A DNA stretch of 64,000 nucleotides from Candidatus Bathyarchaeota archaeon (GCA_963833575.1 CAWHXY010000006.1:224001-288000); one strand, 5' to 3'; shown: positions 9,785-20,494, counted from the first letter of the stretch. The notes: generated from the letters alone by a model not told the origin. Numbers and translations: made by a program.

Positions 9785-10963
9785 TTACAAGGCTTTGAAC
9801 GCCTCGAACCACCTGCTGTATGCTGACAACATGTCTAAGGAAACGCTTGGTTTACGTTCTTCTAGGATCTGTCTAAAGTCAACCATAGTCAAAAGCCTTG
9901 GTTTTGCTTCTTTGTCCATTGCTTTGCCTGATTCAAAGAATTCTCCGATAAGGCTAAGTTGAGCTGATTGGCAAACGTCCCTTATGTCACTTCCTGAAAA
10001 TCCTTCAGCAAGCCGAGCTAACTCATGGAGATCGACATCGCTATCTATGGCTAAAGTGCTTGAGTAGAGCTTTAGCATGCTTAGTCGGGTAGCGTGATCT
10101 GCTAGTGGAACGAGAATTCTTTTTTGGAAACGTCTGATAAATGCCCAGTCGAGGTCCCATGGTTTGTTGGTTGCGCCTATGACGTAAACGTGAAGGTTTT
10201 TGCCCTTGTCAACTATGCCATCCATTTCTTTTAAGAATTGGTTTCTGACTCGGATTTCTCCGCCGACCTCATTGGTATGTGCTCCCATTAAAGAGTCCAA
10301 TTCGTCAACAAAAACGATAGCTGGTTTCCCTTCCATTGCGGATTTGCGGGCTGTCCCGAACAACTTTGAAACATTTTGCTCAGCTTCACCTAGCCACTTT
10401 GACATGATAGATGCCGCATCAATTGAGTAGAAGTTAGCGTCGATTTCTGTTGCAACCGCTGCAGCCAGCAAAGTTTTTCCGCAGCCAGGAGGACCAAACA
10501 GCAGTATGCCTCGTGGCCAACCAAGCGGGAACAAGTCGGGTCTTTGCACTGGGTAAACAATGGCTTCTTTCACTGCTTTCTTAGCGGTATCTAACCCGAC
10601 GACTTCACCCCAGCTAATATTTGGTTTTTCAGTAATTACAAGCTCTTCGTGTTTTCCGTTTCCACCGTTACCTTCCATAGTTGCTCCTGAACCTCCTTCA
10701 TTATCATTATTGGCAGCTTGATTCATCTCTGTGGATGAAACTGCTCCTTGCAAAACTTTGATTCTTTCTTGGTAAGCAATTGCCCTTTGTACGTAAACTT
10801 TATTCAGTCCGTATTCGGGGTAAAGCTGCACAAGTTGCAGTAAGCTTTCTATTGCTTTTTGATAGAGGGTAATGGCTCTGCCTTTTTGTTCTTGTTTATC
10901 TAAGCGAACAGCATCTAATGCATACGCTGTCGCTGCTCTTTCTAGTTCACTTGATGCACTCAT
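9785..10963 (-). CDS. cdvC: Vps4-like AAA+ ATPase CdvC
   Basis: N-terminal MIT domain, GPPGCGKT, FVDELD, ATNKPWDLD, RRFQKRI; operon context. Confidence 0.95.
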   Translation of the reverse strand: MSASSELERAATAYALDAVRLDKQEQKGRAITLYQKAIESLLQLVQLYPEYGLNKVYVQRAIAYQERIKVLQGAVSSTEMNQAANNDNEGGSGATMEGNGGNGKHEELVITEKPNISWGEVVGLDTAKKAVKEAIVYPVQRPDLFPLGWPRGILLFGPPGCGKTLLAAAVATEIDANFYSIDAASIMSKWLGEAEQNVSKLFGTARKSAMEGKPAIVFVDELDSLMGAHTNEVGGEIRVRNQFLKEMDGIVDKGKNLHVYVIGATNKPWDLDWAFIRRFQKRILVPLADHATRLSMLKLYSSTLAIDSDVDLHELARLAEGFSGSDIRDVCQSAQLSLIGEFFESGKAMDKEAKPRLLTMVDFRQILEERKPSVSLDMLSAYSRWFEAFKAL

Positions 10964-10982
10964 GTTTTTCCTTCTCCTTCTC

Positions 10983-11876
10983 CTATTCAGGTGACTTTAA
11001 TTCAATTTTTATTCTACCCTTTGTTCCTAAACTTTCCAATGCACGCTCAATCTCTTCATTAGAAGTTTGCAGTTCACTCGAACATCTACCTAAATCTATT
11101 TCGCCATTAGTTTTACGGACATATTGGAGAACCATATCTTCTAAAGATGAATCTTTGTTAAGCTTTATTGAGAACTCCTTGATCTCTTGCTTCTTGTAAG
11201 AGAAAACGGAGTTCTCTGGATCAAAACCAGCTTCCTCAGTTGTTTTATGCTCAATCACTTGTGACGAAGAAGCCGTAAGGGCTACAAGCTGTTTGATAGG
11301 TGTTTTCTCTTTCACGGGCGTCTCCGCAGGAGGCTCGGGAAGAGTTTCAGTTAACTTCTGCTGCATGAAACATGTTACTTCTTTAAGGATTTCTTCTCCG
11401 CCTTCAGTCTTTTTGCCCACAGGAATAATATTTTCATCCGTTGAAATCTTTGTAGATTGAAGCGTCTCCTGGATTGCGGCATTAACATTATTTAATTCTG
11501 AACTAACATCAGGCAATACCTGAAACAGCTCAGCTGAAACCCCTTGAAGCAAACGCAAGGCAGGCTTTAAATCAGCAACAATATCGCCCAGTTCCCTTAT
11601 GGTTTCAAGACGAAGAATTACACGTTCAACCGCTAATTGAACATTATACAAGAACTTGACAAGTTTTCGAACTTCAGCAAGTTCTGTGGCACACATCGCG
11701 GCTTTTTCACGATTATTCTTCTTTAGCGCACCCATGCATTTTTCAAAAAGCATGCGGTCTCTTTCTTTTAAACGAAAACTTGCTTGCTCTAATTGGTTTT
11801 GTTGAATTTTAAGAGTTGTAATAGATTTGGTGGCAACTTCACGAATAGGTGGAGGGGTTTGATTAATTAGTTTCAT
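10983..11876 (-). CDS. cdvB: ESCRT-III protein CdvB with C-terminal winged helix
   Basis: Snf7 core (QLAVERVILRLETI), LPEPP MIM2-like motif, C-terminal wH; lies between cdvA and cdvC. Confidence 0.9.
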   Translation of the reverse strand: MKLINQTPPPIREVATKSITTLKIQQNQLEQASFRLKERDRMLFEKCMGALKKNNREKAAMCATELAEVRKLVKFLYNVQLAVERVILRLETIRELGDIVADLKPALRLLQGVSAELFQVLPDVSSELNNVNAAIQETLQSTKISTDENIIPVGKKTEGGEEILKEVTCFMQQKLTETLPEPPAETPVKEKTPIKQLVALTASSSQVIEHKTTEEAGFDPENSVFSYKKQEIKEFSIKLNKDSSLEDMVLQYVRKTNGEIDLGRCSSELQTSNEEIERALESLGTKGRIKIELKSPE

Positions 11877-11916
11877 ATCTTACCCTCCACAGTGTGAAGT
11901 CTCCACTCGTTTGGGA

Positions 11917-12645
11917 TTAAATGCCTGCTTTCCCGATTTCTTTTACGTAAACAACCACTGGGGGTTCGGGAAGCTTTGATGCGGCATCATTGTTGTTGTT
12001 TATGACGTGCTCTGCGTAGATTTTGTTCAATTTTGGAGTCTGGGATTGGTCACCGAGCAGAACGCTTGAGACTTTGCTTTTTGTCATTTCATAGTCAGAT
12101 TTTTCTGAAGATGCACGTTTTAGAGTTTCCTGAAGCAATGCGAAAGCAGATTTGTAAGTTTCTTCGTCGACTTTTCCTATTTCATGTTCAATTTCCAAGT
12201 TAGCAATAGCGTAGCTGAGCGATGTTATTTCATCTCGGCACCGTTCAATCTCTACAGCGGATTCATCTATGATAACTTGAGCGTCCTTCTTTAGCTGTGT
12301 CAATACGGTTCCGAAACTGTTATGAAGATCCTGGAATACATCTGGAGTGATTTTCTTCTTTTCAAGCAAATCCTTCAGGGCTTCATCTTTACGCCAAATT
12401 AATGGTATATGGTCACAAAGCGTCCCTGCTTGAGTCTTAATTTTTGTTACAAATGTGATTTCAGCACCATTAAATCGTAAGTTTTCCATGGGCTGTCTTG
12501 TAAATTGACCATCACCAAATTCCACGTATACAGCGTCAAATTTCCCGTCGGGGGTTAATGCGAAAGATGCAACTTTACCAATTATGCGGCCATAATCGTT
12601 CTTTATAGGTTTACCAATATAAAGAAAAAGATTGGAGTTAGACAT
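11917..12645 (-). CDS. cdvA: Cell division protein CdvA
   Basis: N-terminal PRC barrel (IGKPIKNDYGRIIG), coiled coil with LEIEHEIG, C-terminal PVVVYV ESCRT-III-binding strand. Confidence 0.9.
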   Translation of the reverse strand: MSNSNLFLYIGKPIKNDYGRIIGKVASFALTPDGKFDAVYVEFGDGQFTRQPMENLRFNGAEITFVTKIKTQAGTLCDHIPLIWRKDEALKDLLEKKKITPDVFQDLHNSFGTVLTQLKKDAQVIIDESAVEIERCRDEITSLSYAIANLEIEHEIGKVDEETYKSAFALLQETLKRASSEKSDYEMTKSKVSSVLLGDQSQTPKLNKIYAEHVINNNNDAASKLPEPPVVVYVKEIGKAGI

Positions 12646-12664
12646 TTGTGTTTTATCCTCCTAT

Positions 12665-13324
12665 TTAGAAACTTTGTGTTGATTTTTCCGATTGTGGGGC
12701 TGCGGGCATTCCTGGGGGCAGATCTGGGAACTTGTCTTTTATCTTTTGTTCTGCAACGGTTGCTGCTTCTGCAAGAATCTTTGATGCGTCCTCGTTTACT
12801 GAGTCAAAGTTTAATGTCATTCCGCTGCCTTGGCCTGCTTCAATCATTATTCCGCTGAGCATGTTTCCGATTTCGCCTAGTTCATTTTCTGCTTCTGGAA
12901 ATACGCTAACTAATCCTGATCTAACTGAACGTAGAACACCAACGGCTGGACCTAAAGTTGAAACTACGTCGCCTAATTCTGAAACTGTTCGTAATCTTAA
13001 TGTAATTTGTTCTAGTGCAAGTTTGGCATTCATTATTAACTTTGACATTTTTCTAACTTCGGCTAGTTCATTAGCGAAAACATTTGCGCGTGCGCTATCG
13101 TGTTTTGCATATGCATCGACAATTCTGGCAAAGATTGCTTTGTCTCTTTGGCCGAACCTGTCTGTAGCTTGGTCAAGCTTCTGTACTTGAAGCTCAATAC
13201 GTCTTACGGCAAAATCAAGTCGCGGTTTTAGTGGTCCTGGTGGTTTTACTGCGTCTTTAATGCGGTTTTGGAATGGTTCTTCTTCCCGTTTACTTTCCCA
13301 CTTTTTTGCAAATCTTTCTGACAA
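12665..13324 (-). CDS. ESCRT-III (Snf7 family, CdvB1/B2-like) protein
   Basis: ANELAEVRK, LALEQITLRLRTVSELGD, C-terminal FPDLP; no wH domain. Confidence 0.9.
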   Translation of the reverse strand: MSERFAKKWESKREEEPFQNRIKDAVKPPGPLKPRLDFAVRRIELQVQKLDQATDRFGQRDKAIFARIVDAYAKHDSARANVFANELAEVRKMSKLIMNAKLALEQITLRLRTVSELGDVVSTLGPAVGVLRSVRSGLVSVFPEAENELGEIGNMLSGIMIEAGQGSGMTLNFDSVNEDASKILAEAATVAEQKIKDKFPDLPPGMPAAPQSEKSTQSF

Positions 13325-13550
13325 TTTGATTACCTCTTGAGTCAGAAGGGGCGTGAAACAATCTTATACATTGTTAATATGTTCAGAATATGCACGTATA
13401 TACGTAGAGCTATACATGACCTAAAAAAGTCCATTGAGCTTTAACTATTAGAGTTAAAGACGATGCGACCACTAACCTGTTTATACAGAAATGTGTAAGT
13501 TAGACTAAAAAGAAGGCTGGAGCAATCCTAAAACAAAAAAGGTGAAGTGA

Positions 13551-13775
13551 ATGAATAGCAGGTTGAAAGTATTCGGGTTAATAGCTCTCTTAGGTTTCGT
13601 AGCAGGCATTATAGCACAACTAACAGCAGTCTACCTTATCCCATGGATGGTCTCAATTTTGCCGTTACTCGGCGGAGCAACAACATACATGATTTCTGGC
13701 TTCGCTGGCGCAATCCTAACATGTGCGATAGTCGGCGCTTGGGCTTACATGACCGGTAAAAAAGAGCCCTACTAA
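13551..13775 (+). CDS. Small two-TM membrane protein
   Basis: 74 aa, hydrophobic, GGTGA SD upstream. Confidence 0.7.
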   Translation: MNSRLKVFGLIALLGFVAGIIAQLTAVYLIPWMVSILPLLGGATTYMISGFAGAILTCAIVGAWAYMTGKKEPY

Positions 13776-13960
13776 AATAGAGCTCTCCAATCTTTTCTTT
13801 ATTGAACCCTAACTTTTTAAAATAAAAAATATCAGTTTTCTAATCACATTAAGTTCACCTTGTCTTTCCTGACTCGCTTTAAGAATCAACTACAAAAGAT
13901 AACCGATTTGTCCAAACAGCAAATGTGCCTACCAACAAAATACAAAACGAACTAAGAAAC

Positions 13961-14053
13961 AATGGACTCAGTAGCGGAAAAAGCTTTCATCAGCCTTCAG
14001 CTTATTTACCCCGCCTTAGGCTTCACCGTACCTCGATTACCTCACAGTCCATT
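13961..14053 (-). ncRNA. Candidate K-turn / box C-D small RNA
   Basis: Terminal stem AATGGAC/GTCCATT, K-turn (UGU bulge, GAGGUA/UACUGA), internal CUGA-aggc-UGAUGA (D'/C'), T-rich downstream. Confidence 0.6.
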
Positions 14054-14225
14054 CAAAAATAAGAATTATGTTAATTTCAATGTTTTGGTAACAAGTAGCT
14101 ATATCATTAATTGAATAAGGAGACATTAGACTGAGTTTGATTCGACGGCAACTTTACAGGAACTATGAATCAAGCATAAATAATGTTTATTAATACTTAC
14201 TACAGCAAGCAATAAGTGAGAGCAC

Positions 14226-14699
14226 TTGAAACTCAAGAAAACAGTCCCGATAGCCATAGCCGCGTTAATCTTTATCGGAGTAGCCATTACAATAGCAACT
14301 ACAGCCTCACTACAAACCAAACAAAACACCCAAAACATTCCACCACAAGGAAACTTTAGCGGGAGTTCATTAAATTCAATAAACATAGTGGTCTACACAG
14401 ATGCAGCTGCAACGATCAATTGCTCTAGCATAGATTGGGGCAAATTAAGTAAAGGCGATTCAGTAAACCGCATTGTATACATTAAGAATTCAGCTAATTC
14501 AATTGAAACACTCAACATGACTGTAACTGGCTGGAATCCCACATCCGCGAATTCAGTTTTATCTTTGAGTTGGGACAAAGAAGGTGTTTCGATTTCCCCA
14601 GGGCAAACTATTCCAGCAACTCTTATACTTACAGTTGCAGCAGATACAGGAACGTTAAGCTTTTTCAATCTCAACATCTTGATATCGGGTAATAGTTAA
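14226..14699 (+). CDS. Secreted or membrane-anchored small beta-sandwich protein
   Basis: N-terminal hydrophobic helix; IDWGKL...VYIKN beta-rich domain. Confidence 0.7.
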   Translation: MKLKKTVPIAIAALIFIGVAITIATTASLQTKQNTQNIPPQGNFSGSSLNSINIVVYTDAAATINCSSIDWGKLSKGDSVNRIVYIKNSANSIETLNMTVTGWNPTSANSVLSLSWDKEGVSISPGQTIPATLILTVAADTGTLSFFNLNILISGNS

Positions 14700-14813
14700 A
14701 AATGTTTGAAAAGCTTATCATATAAAGTTAAATTAAAGGATGATCATTACAGAATTAGTCTTTTAAGATAAAGAGTTAAAGCATTCGGTTTTAGTCTAAT
14801 TTAAAGTAAGAAA

Positions 14814-17705
14814 ATGCAATTTGAAGGGTCCAGCTCTGTTTTCGACTTACTTGCTAAACCTGTCCGCAAAGCCTTAGCAGAGCTCAGGTTTTCTAAACCT
14901 ACTTTGCCGCAGACTTTGGCGTTTCCCCCTGTTCTGGAGGGAAAAAATGTGCTTTTGATTGCCCCAACCGGAACGGGAAAAACTGAAGCTGTACTTCTAC
15001 CGGTTTTCTCAAAGCTTATTGAGCAGAAGAATCATGAAAAAGGTGGCATTCAAGTAATTTATATTACGCCTCTTCGTGCGTTGAACCGTGACATGTTTAA
15101 GCGGTTAACATTCTGGAGTGAAAAGTTAGACATAACGGTTGAGGTTCGACATGGCGACACTGAAATGAAAATTCGACGAAAACAAGCAATAAAGCCGCCA
15201 GAAATGTTGGTCACTACGCCTGAAACCTTGCAGGCGATTCTTCCAGGCTCACAAATGCGTCGACACCTTATCAACATCAAATGTGTCATTATTGACGAAG
15301 TGCATGATTTGGCGGAAAGCAAACGCGGAGCTCAACTTTCGATTGCACTTGAACGTATCTTGGAGGTAACGGGCAAAGAGTTCCAGAGAATTGGATTATC
15401 GGCAACCATTGGAAATCCCGATGAGGTTGCAAAGTTTGTTGCTGGAACAGGCAGAGAGATCAGCATTGTTCAGGCAGTTTTAGCTAAAAATTACCGTTAC
15501 CACGTGGAATATTTGACGCCGACTGAAAAGGATTATGAATTGGCTGCAAAACTTGAAACAACTCCTGAGGCATCTACTCGAATTCGACGGTTAACTGAAC
15601 TAATCGATTCGCACAAGTCCTCTTTGGTTTTTGTTAATAGTCGAACTATCGCCGAACTGCTTGGCCATAGATTCGACCAGCTAAACCGCCCAGACATAGC
15701 TGTGCATCATGGATCGCTTTCAAGAGAAGAACGCACCAGCGTTGAAGATGCTTTCAAAGCTGGAACGCTTAAGGCAATTATCTGCACAAGCACATTAGAA
15801 CTCGGCATAGACATAGGCAATGTGGATTTAGTTATTCAATACATGTCACCCAGGCAAGTCAGTAGTCTTATCCAGCGGGTTGGAAGAAGCGGACATAGTC
15901 TTGAACGGCTCTCAGAGGGAGTAATCATCACAGCTTTTCCTGATGATACTTTGGAGTCAATGGCAGCCGTGGAAAACGCGAAACAAAACAAGCTTGAACC
16001 CGTGTTGCTCCACATGAATGCCTTGGATGTCTTGGCTCATCAAATTGCGGGCATACTTATGGATAAGGAAACCATAAGCCAAAGTGAACTCTTAAAAATT
16101 GTCAACCGAGCCTACCCCTACAGCACACTCACTGGGGAGAAGCTTGAGGACATCGTACGGTTTTTAGAAAGCTTTCATAAACTTAGAACAGAGGAAGAAG
16201 GAAAGATTTTGAAGAAAACAGGAAGAACGCGCGAATACTACTACAGCAACCTATCAATGATACCTGACGAAAAACGTTACCCAGTAATCAACATACTTAC
16301 GGACAGAAAAATTGGCACTCTTGGCGATGAATTTATGACGCTTCATGCTCGTGTAGGATTGCATTTTATAATGCGCGGAAAAGTCTGGCGCATGGTCCAA
16401 ATTAACGATGAAACAGGAACAGTGCACGTTGTCCCCGCCGAAGACCCATCAGCCGCGATTCCAGGCTGGGACGGAGAAATCCTTCCAGTACCTTTTGACT
16501 TAGCACAACAAACAGGAGAAATGCGAGAAAAACTCGGCAAACTAATTAGAACCGGCAAAAAACCCGAAGCAGCAGCTAAAGAGTTAGCCACTGAACTAAA
16601 AACGGATAAGGCAACACTTCTTGACGCAGCCATTGAAATTGATGAATACCTGAAATCTGGAGCACCTTTGCCCAACCAGAATCGAATAGTTATAGAAACA
16701 TTAGACCGCTACATCGTTGTTCATGCCTGTTTTGGCGAGATTGTTAACCGCACCCTTGGCGGAATCTTTGATTCGGTTCTGTCCGAACGGGAGGCAATAA
16801 CAGGATTGTGGACAGACGGCTACCGAATCCTGCTTGAAACCACCCATAAATTATCTAGACTGGAGATTGAAGGCTTACCCAAAGAGCTCTTCCCTTTAAC
16901 CGATGAACGCATTGACGAAGCTTTTTTGAACTATGTAAACTCAAAGTTCCCTTTTGTTGCAAGAATGAAGGCTATTGCTGAAAGATTTGGTGCCATGCCA
17001 AGAGGAAAAACATTAGCCCATTCTGAGCGAGGAGAAAAACTCAAAGCTGCTTTTGAAGGCACTCCAATTTACGATGAAACTTTACGGGAAGCCATGATGG
17101 ACAAGGTTGACTTAAAAAAGACCAAGCAAATAATACATGAGATAAAAGAGGGAAAAATAACTGTCAACACGCTTGCCCGTGAATCACCGACGCCTTTGGC
17201 ATATCACATTTTGATGCAGTACGCCGACACGGCAGAACTGATGGCGCCTGAACATGTAATCTTAAGCAACATTGACAGAATGAAACATTCTATCGAAGTC
17301 AGAACTGCCAGACTACTTTGCATGAACTGCGGAATATGGACAACTCAAGTTCGTATAAAAGATTTACCCGATGAGCCACAATGTGGAAACTGTCATTCAC
17401 GTTTACTCACCCAGTTGTATTTTAGCCAAGACGTAGAGAAGTTGAAGGTGGATTTACAAAAGCGCCGTGAAGGGAAAGAACTTACTCCTGAAGAACTCAA
17501 GGAACTAAGCACTGCCAGACGCAAAGCCGATTTGATACTGAGCTATGGAAAGCAGGCAGTTAAAGCGTTGCAGGTGAAAGGGGTGGGTCCCGAAACTGCA
17601 TCTCGTATTCTAGGAAAGATGCATCCTATAGAAGAACAATTCTACATGGATTTGCTAAAAGCAAAAATTCAGTATTTGCGAACTAGAGAATTCTGGGACA
17701 AATAA
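14814..17705 (+). CDS. lhr: Lhr-like DEAD/DEAH helicase with C-terminal Zn finger
   Basis: APTGTGKTEA, DEVH, LSATIG, TSTLELGIDIG, QRVGRSGH, SMIPDE; CMNC/CGNC. Confidence 0.9.
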   Translation: MQFEGSSSVFDLLAKPVRKALAELRFSKPTLPQTLAFPPVLEGKNVLLIAPTGTGKTEAVLLPVFSKLIEQKNHEKGGIQVIYITPLRALNRDMFKRLTFWSEKLDITVEVRHGDTEMKIRRKQAIKPPEMLVTTPETLQAILPGSQMRRHLINIKCVIIDEVHDLAESKRGAQLSIALERILEVTGKEFQRIGLSATIGNPDEVAKFVAGTGREISIVQAVLAKNYRYHVEYLTPTEKDYELAAKLETTPEASTRIRRLTELIDSHKSSLVFVNSRTIAELLGHRFDQLNRPDIAVHHGSLSREERTSVEDAFKAGTLKAIICTSTLELGIDIGNVDLVIQYMSPRQVSSLIQRVGRSGHSLERLSEGVIITAFPDDTLESMAAVENAKQNKLEPVLLHMNALDVLAHQIAGILMDKETISQSELLKIVNRAYPYSTLTGEKLEDIVRFLESFHKLRTEEEGKILKKTGRTREYYYSNLSMIPDEKRYPVINILTDRKIGTLGDEFMTLHARVGLHFIMRGKVWRMVQINDETGTVHVVPAEDPSAAIPGWDGEILPVPFDLAQQTGEMREKLGKLIRTGKKPEAAAKELATELKTDKATLLDAAIEIDEYLKSGAPLPNQNRIVIETLDRYIVVHACFGEIVNRTLGGIFDSVLSEREAITGLWTDGYRILLETTHKLSRLEIEGLPKELFPLTDERIDEAFLNYVNSKFPFVARMKAIAERFGAMPRGKTLAHSERGEKLKAAFEGTPIYDETLREAMMDKVDLKKTKQIIHEIKEGKITVNTLARESPTPLAYHILMQYADTAELMAPEHVILSNIDRMKHSIEVRTARLLCMNCGIWTTQVRIKDLPDEPQCGNCHSRLLTQLYFSQDVEKLKVDLQKRREGKELTPEELKELSTARRKADLILSYGKQAVKALQVKGVGPETASRILGKMHPIEEQFYMDLLKAKIQYLRTREFWDK

Positions 17706-17765
17706 GTGCTGGATGCTTTGCAAGGTTTTAATAATTAATTATTTGAATCTTTCGATTATCGTGAG

Positions 17766-19064
17766 TTGACAGTGGAAAAACAAGAACCCAAGAAACTGAA
17801 ATGTTCAATTGGTTTATGGAGTGCCGTCGCCATTAACGTAGGCGCAATTATAGGGGGCGGAATCTTCGTTGTCACTGGCATCGTTGCTGGTTACGCTGGC
17901 TCAGCACTTATCATATCCATGATCATCGCAGGCATTATAGCCACGATTACGACAAAAAGCTTTGCAAAGCTAGCAGCGTGGCAACCTGTAGAAGGAGGCG
18001 TTTACGAATATGGGCGACAGCTTGTTTCGCCTTTTTCTGGTTTCTTGGCGGGTTGGATGTGGCTAGTCGCTAACACTTTCACGGGAGCAGCAGTTTCCCT
18101 TGGGTTTGCATATTATTTGACTGCGGCTTTTCCAGGTTTACCAAGCAATCTAGTGGCGGCTACTTTGTGATTAGGTTTTACCGCCTTGAATTTGGTTGGA
18201 GCCAAAGAATCAACAGGAGTCAACAACGTTCTGGTGAGCATTAAGGTCGCAGTGCTAGCGTTTTTCGTGGTTTTCGGCTCTCTACACTTTAACTCAGCCA
18301 ACTTTATTCCCTTTCAACCTTTAACAAGCGGTGTCCTCTATGGATCTTTTTTTATCTTCTTTGCTTACGGCGGCTTTGCAAGGGTAACAGTTGTTGCGGA
18401 AGAAGTGAAAGATGCTAAACGAAACGTGCCTAAAGCGTTGCTTTTATCGCTGGGTATCTCAATAATTGTCTATGTGTTAGTTGGTGTAATAGCTGTTGGA
18501 TTGCTCAAACCTGCAGGATTAGCAGCTTCAGGTTCACCATTAACAGCGGCTATGAGTGTTACCGGCAACTCGCTGGCTCTCAACATCATCTCAGTTGGCG
18601 GCTTAGTGGCTACTGCAAGCGTTTTGCTAACAGCGATTTTGGGGGTTTCAAGAATGGCTTATTCTATGGCTCGCAGAAACGATTTGCCGTCGGTTTTGGC
18701 TCGGTTGCATTACAAGTTTTTTACTCCGAACTATGCGATTTTAGGCACTGTCGTTTCAATGACTTTGCTAGTCCTGCTAATCCCGAACTTAACCTCGATT
18801 GTCGCAATCAGCACGTTTGCTCTTTTGTTTAACTACTCCATTACTAACATTGCTGCTTTCAAACTGAAGGAAAAAAAGGAACGCAACAAAGTTTTGCCAA
18901 TGTTTGGTTTAGCAACCTGCATATTGTTGTTGGCATTTTTACTTTTAGCTTCAACAGAAGCATTGATAATCGGCGTTGCTTTCCTTATTGCAGGTACAGT
19001 TTACTACGCAGCCTGGAAAAAGCGCAGACGAGCACATAAGAAAAACGCGCCTATGCTGCGATAA
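17766..19064 (+). pseudogene. APC-family amino acid permease interrupted by an in-frame TGA (18168-18170)
   Basis: ORFs 17766-18170 and 18186-19064 share a frame; GAIIGGGIF and FFAYGGF motifs; reads ATL*LGFTALNLVG. Confidence 0.8.
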
Positions 19065-19107
19065 GGATTTTAAGTTTAAGTTTGGTTTAGCTGTAAGGAA
19101 AAATGCA

Positions 19108-19824
19108 ATGCCGATTAAAGCTGTCTTATTTGATATGTTCGATACAATCATGATGATCAGAAAAAATCATGATTTCTATAGTCCAGCATTAATGCGAATG
19201 TATAGGTTCCTCAACAAAAAGGCCATAGATGTCTCCTTTGACACCTTCGAAAAAGCTTACGTTAAAACGCGTGATGAGCTTTATGCTAAAGTAGATGCTG
19301 ACCTTGGGGAGCCTCACTTCAACGTTCGAGTCTCTGAAACTCTCAAAAGCTTGGAATTTAACTATGATGTTTCCAGTCCCCTCGTAACCGAGGCGACTAG
19401 CGAGTTTTGTGAAGAATTTATGACGTTTGTTTACTTAGACCAAGATGCCAAAACTGTTCTTCAGGCGCTTCATAGAAAATATCAAATAGGGATAGTCTCA
19501 AATTTTGCCATACCTGAATGCATCGATAAACTGCTTAAAAATCACGGTTTAGACGAGTTGCTAAACGTGGTCGTTGTTTCAGCAGCTGTTAATAAACGTA
19601 AACCCAGCCAGGAAATTTTCGAAAACGCTTTGAAAGCGCTGGGCGTTTCTGCAGAGGAAACTGTTTTTGTAGGCGACACTCTAGATGCAGATATTGAAGG
19701 CGCTAAAGGAGTAGGTATGAGAGCTGTATATATCGAAAGACGAAATCAAGAGGCGGGACGTTTTAAGCCGGACAAAACCATAAAGCACCTATGCGAACTT
19801 ACTTCAGCGCTTGAAGAATTATAG
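19108..19824 (+). CDS. HAD-superfamily hydrolase
   Basis: FDMFDT, VSNF, KP and VGDTLDADIEGA motifs; start reassigned to MPIKAV. Confidence 0.9.
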   Translation: MPIKAVLFDMFDTIMMIRKNHDFYSPALMRMYRFLNKKAIDVSFDTFEKAYVKTRDELYAKVDADLGEPHFNVRVSETLKSLEFNYDVSSPLVTEATSEFCEEFMTFVYLDQDAKTVLQALHRKYQIGIVSNFAIPECIDKLLKNHGLDELLNVVVVSAAVNKRKPSQEIFENALKALGVSAEETVFVGDTLDADIEGAKGVGMRAVYIERRNQEAGRFKPDKTIKHLCELTSALEEL

Positions 19825-19875
19825 GTATTAAGAAATATAGAAAACCTTTACTTTATCAGAAAGAAAAACAACAAG

Positions 19876-20382
19876 GTGAAAAGGATGCTCATAGGCGCAA
19901 TTTCAGATACGCATGATAATTTGCCTCAAATAGAAAAAGCAGTAAAATATTTGAATGAACAAAACGTGGGTTTAGTGCTTCACGCTGGAGATTATGTTGC
20001 AGGTTTTGTTATCCCCAAATTCAAAAAGTTAAACTGCAAACTCATCGGCGTCTTCGGCAATAACGACGGAGACCACGAATTACTAAAGAAACGGTTTAGT
20101 GAAACCACAAACTGTGAAATCCATGACAGATTTGCATCAATAGAATTGGAACACTACAGATTAGCTCTTTTACACGGCACAGAAACTGAACTGCTCAAAG
20201 TTATAATTGACAGTGGTTACTTTAGCGCTGTCATTCATGGCCACTCGCACAACAAAAGCATTGAATTAAGAGGAAAAACCTTAGCCATTAACCCTGGAGA
20301 ACTCTGCGGGTACCTGACAGGAAAATCAACAGTAGCAATAATAGATACCGATAAGCAAGAAGCAAAAATAATTGAACTGTAA
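19876..20382 (+). CDS. Metallophosphoesterase (YfcE/MJ0936 family)
   Basis: SDTHD, HAGD, GNND, HG, GHSH, INPG. Confidence 0.9.
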   Translation: MKRMLIGAISDTHDNLPQIEKAVKYLNEQNVGLVLHAGDYVAGFVIPKFKKLNCKLIGVFGNNDGDHELLKKRFSETTNCEIHDRFASIELEHYRLALLHGTETELLKVIIDSGYFSAVIHGHSHNKSIELRGKTLAINPGELCGYLTGKSTVAIIDTDKQEAKIIEL

Positions 20383-20494
20383 GCTGCAATAATAGTGTTT
20401 AAAACTAAAGAACCTTATAGACCATCTAAAAAATGAAAAATGTTATAGTGAGCCATTTAGACAGATTTAATTGGGTTGAAATTTATTCATTGTT

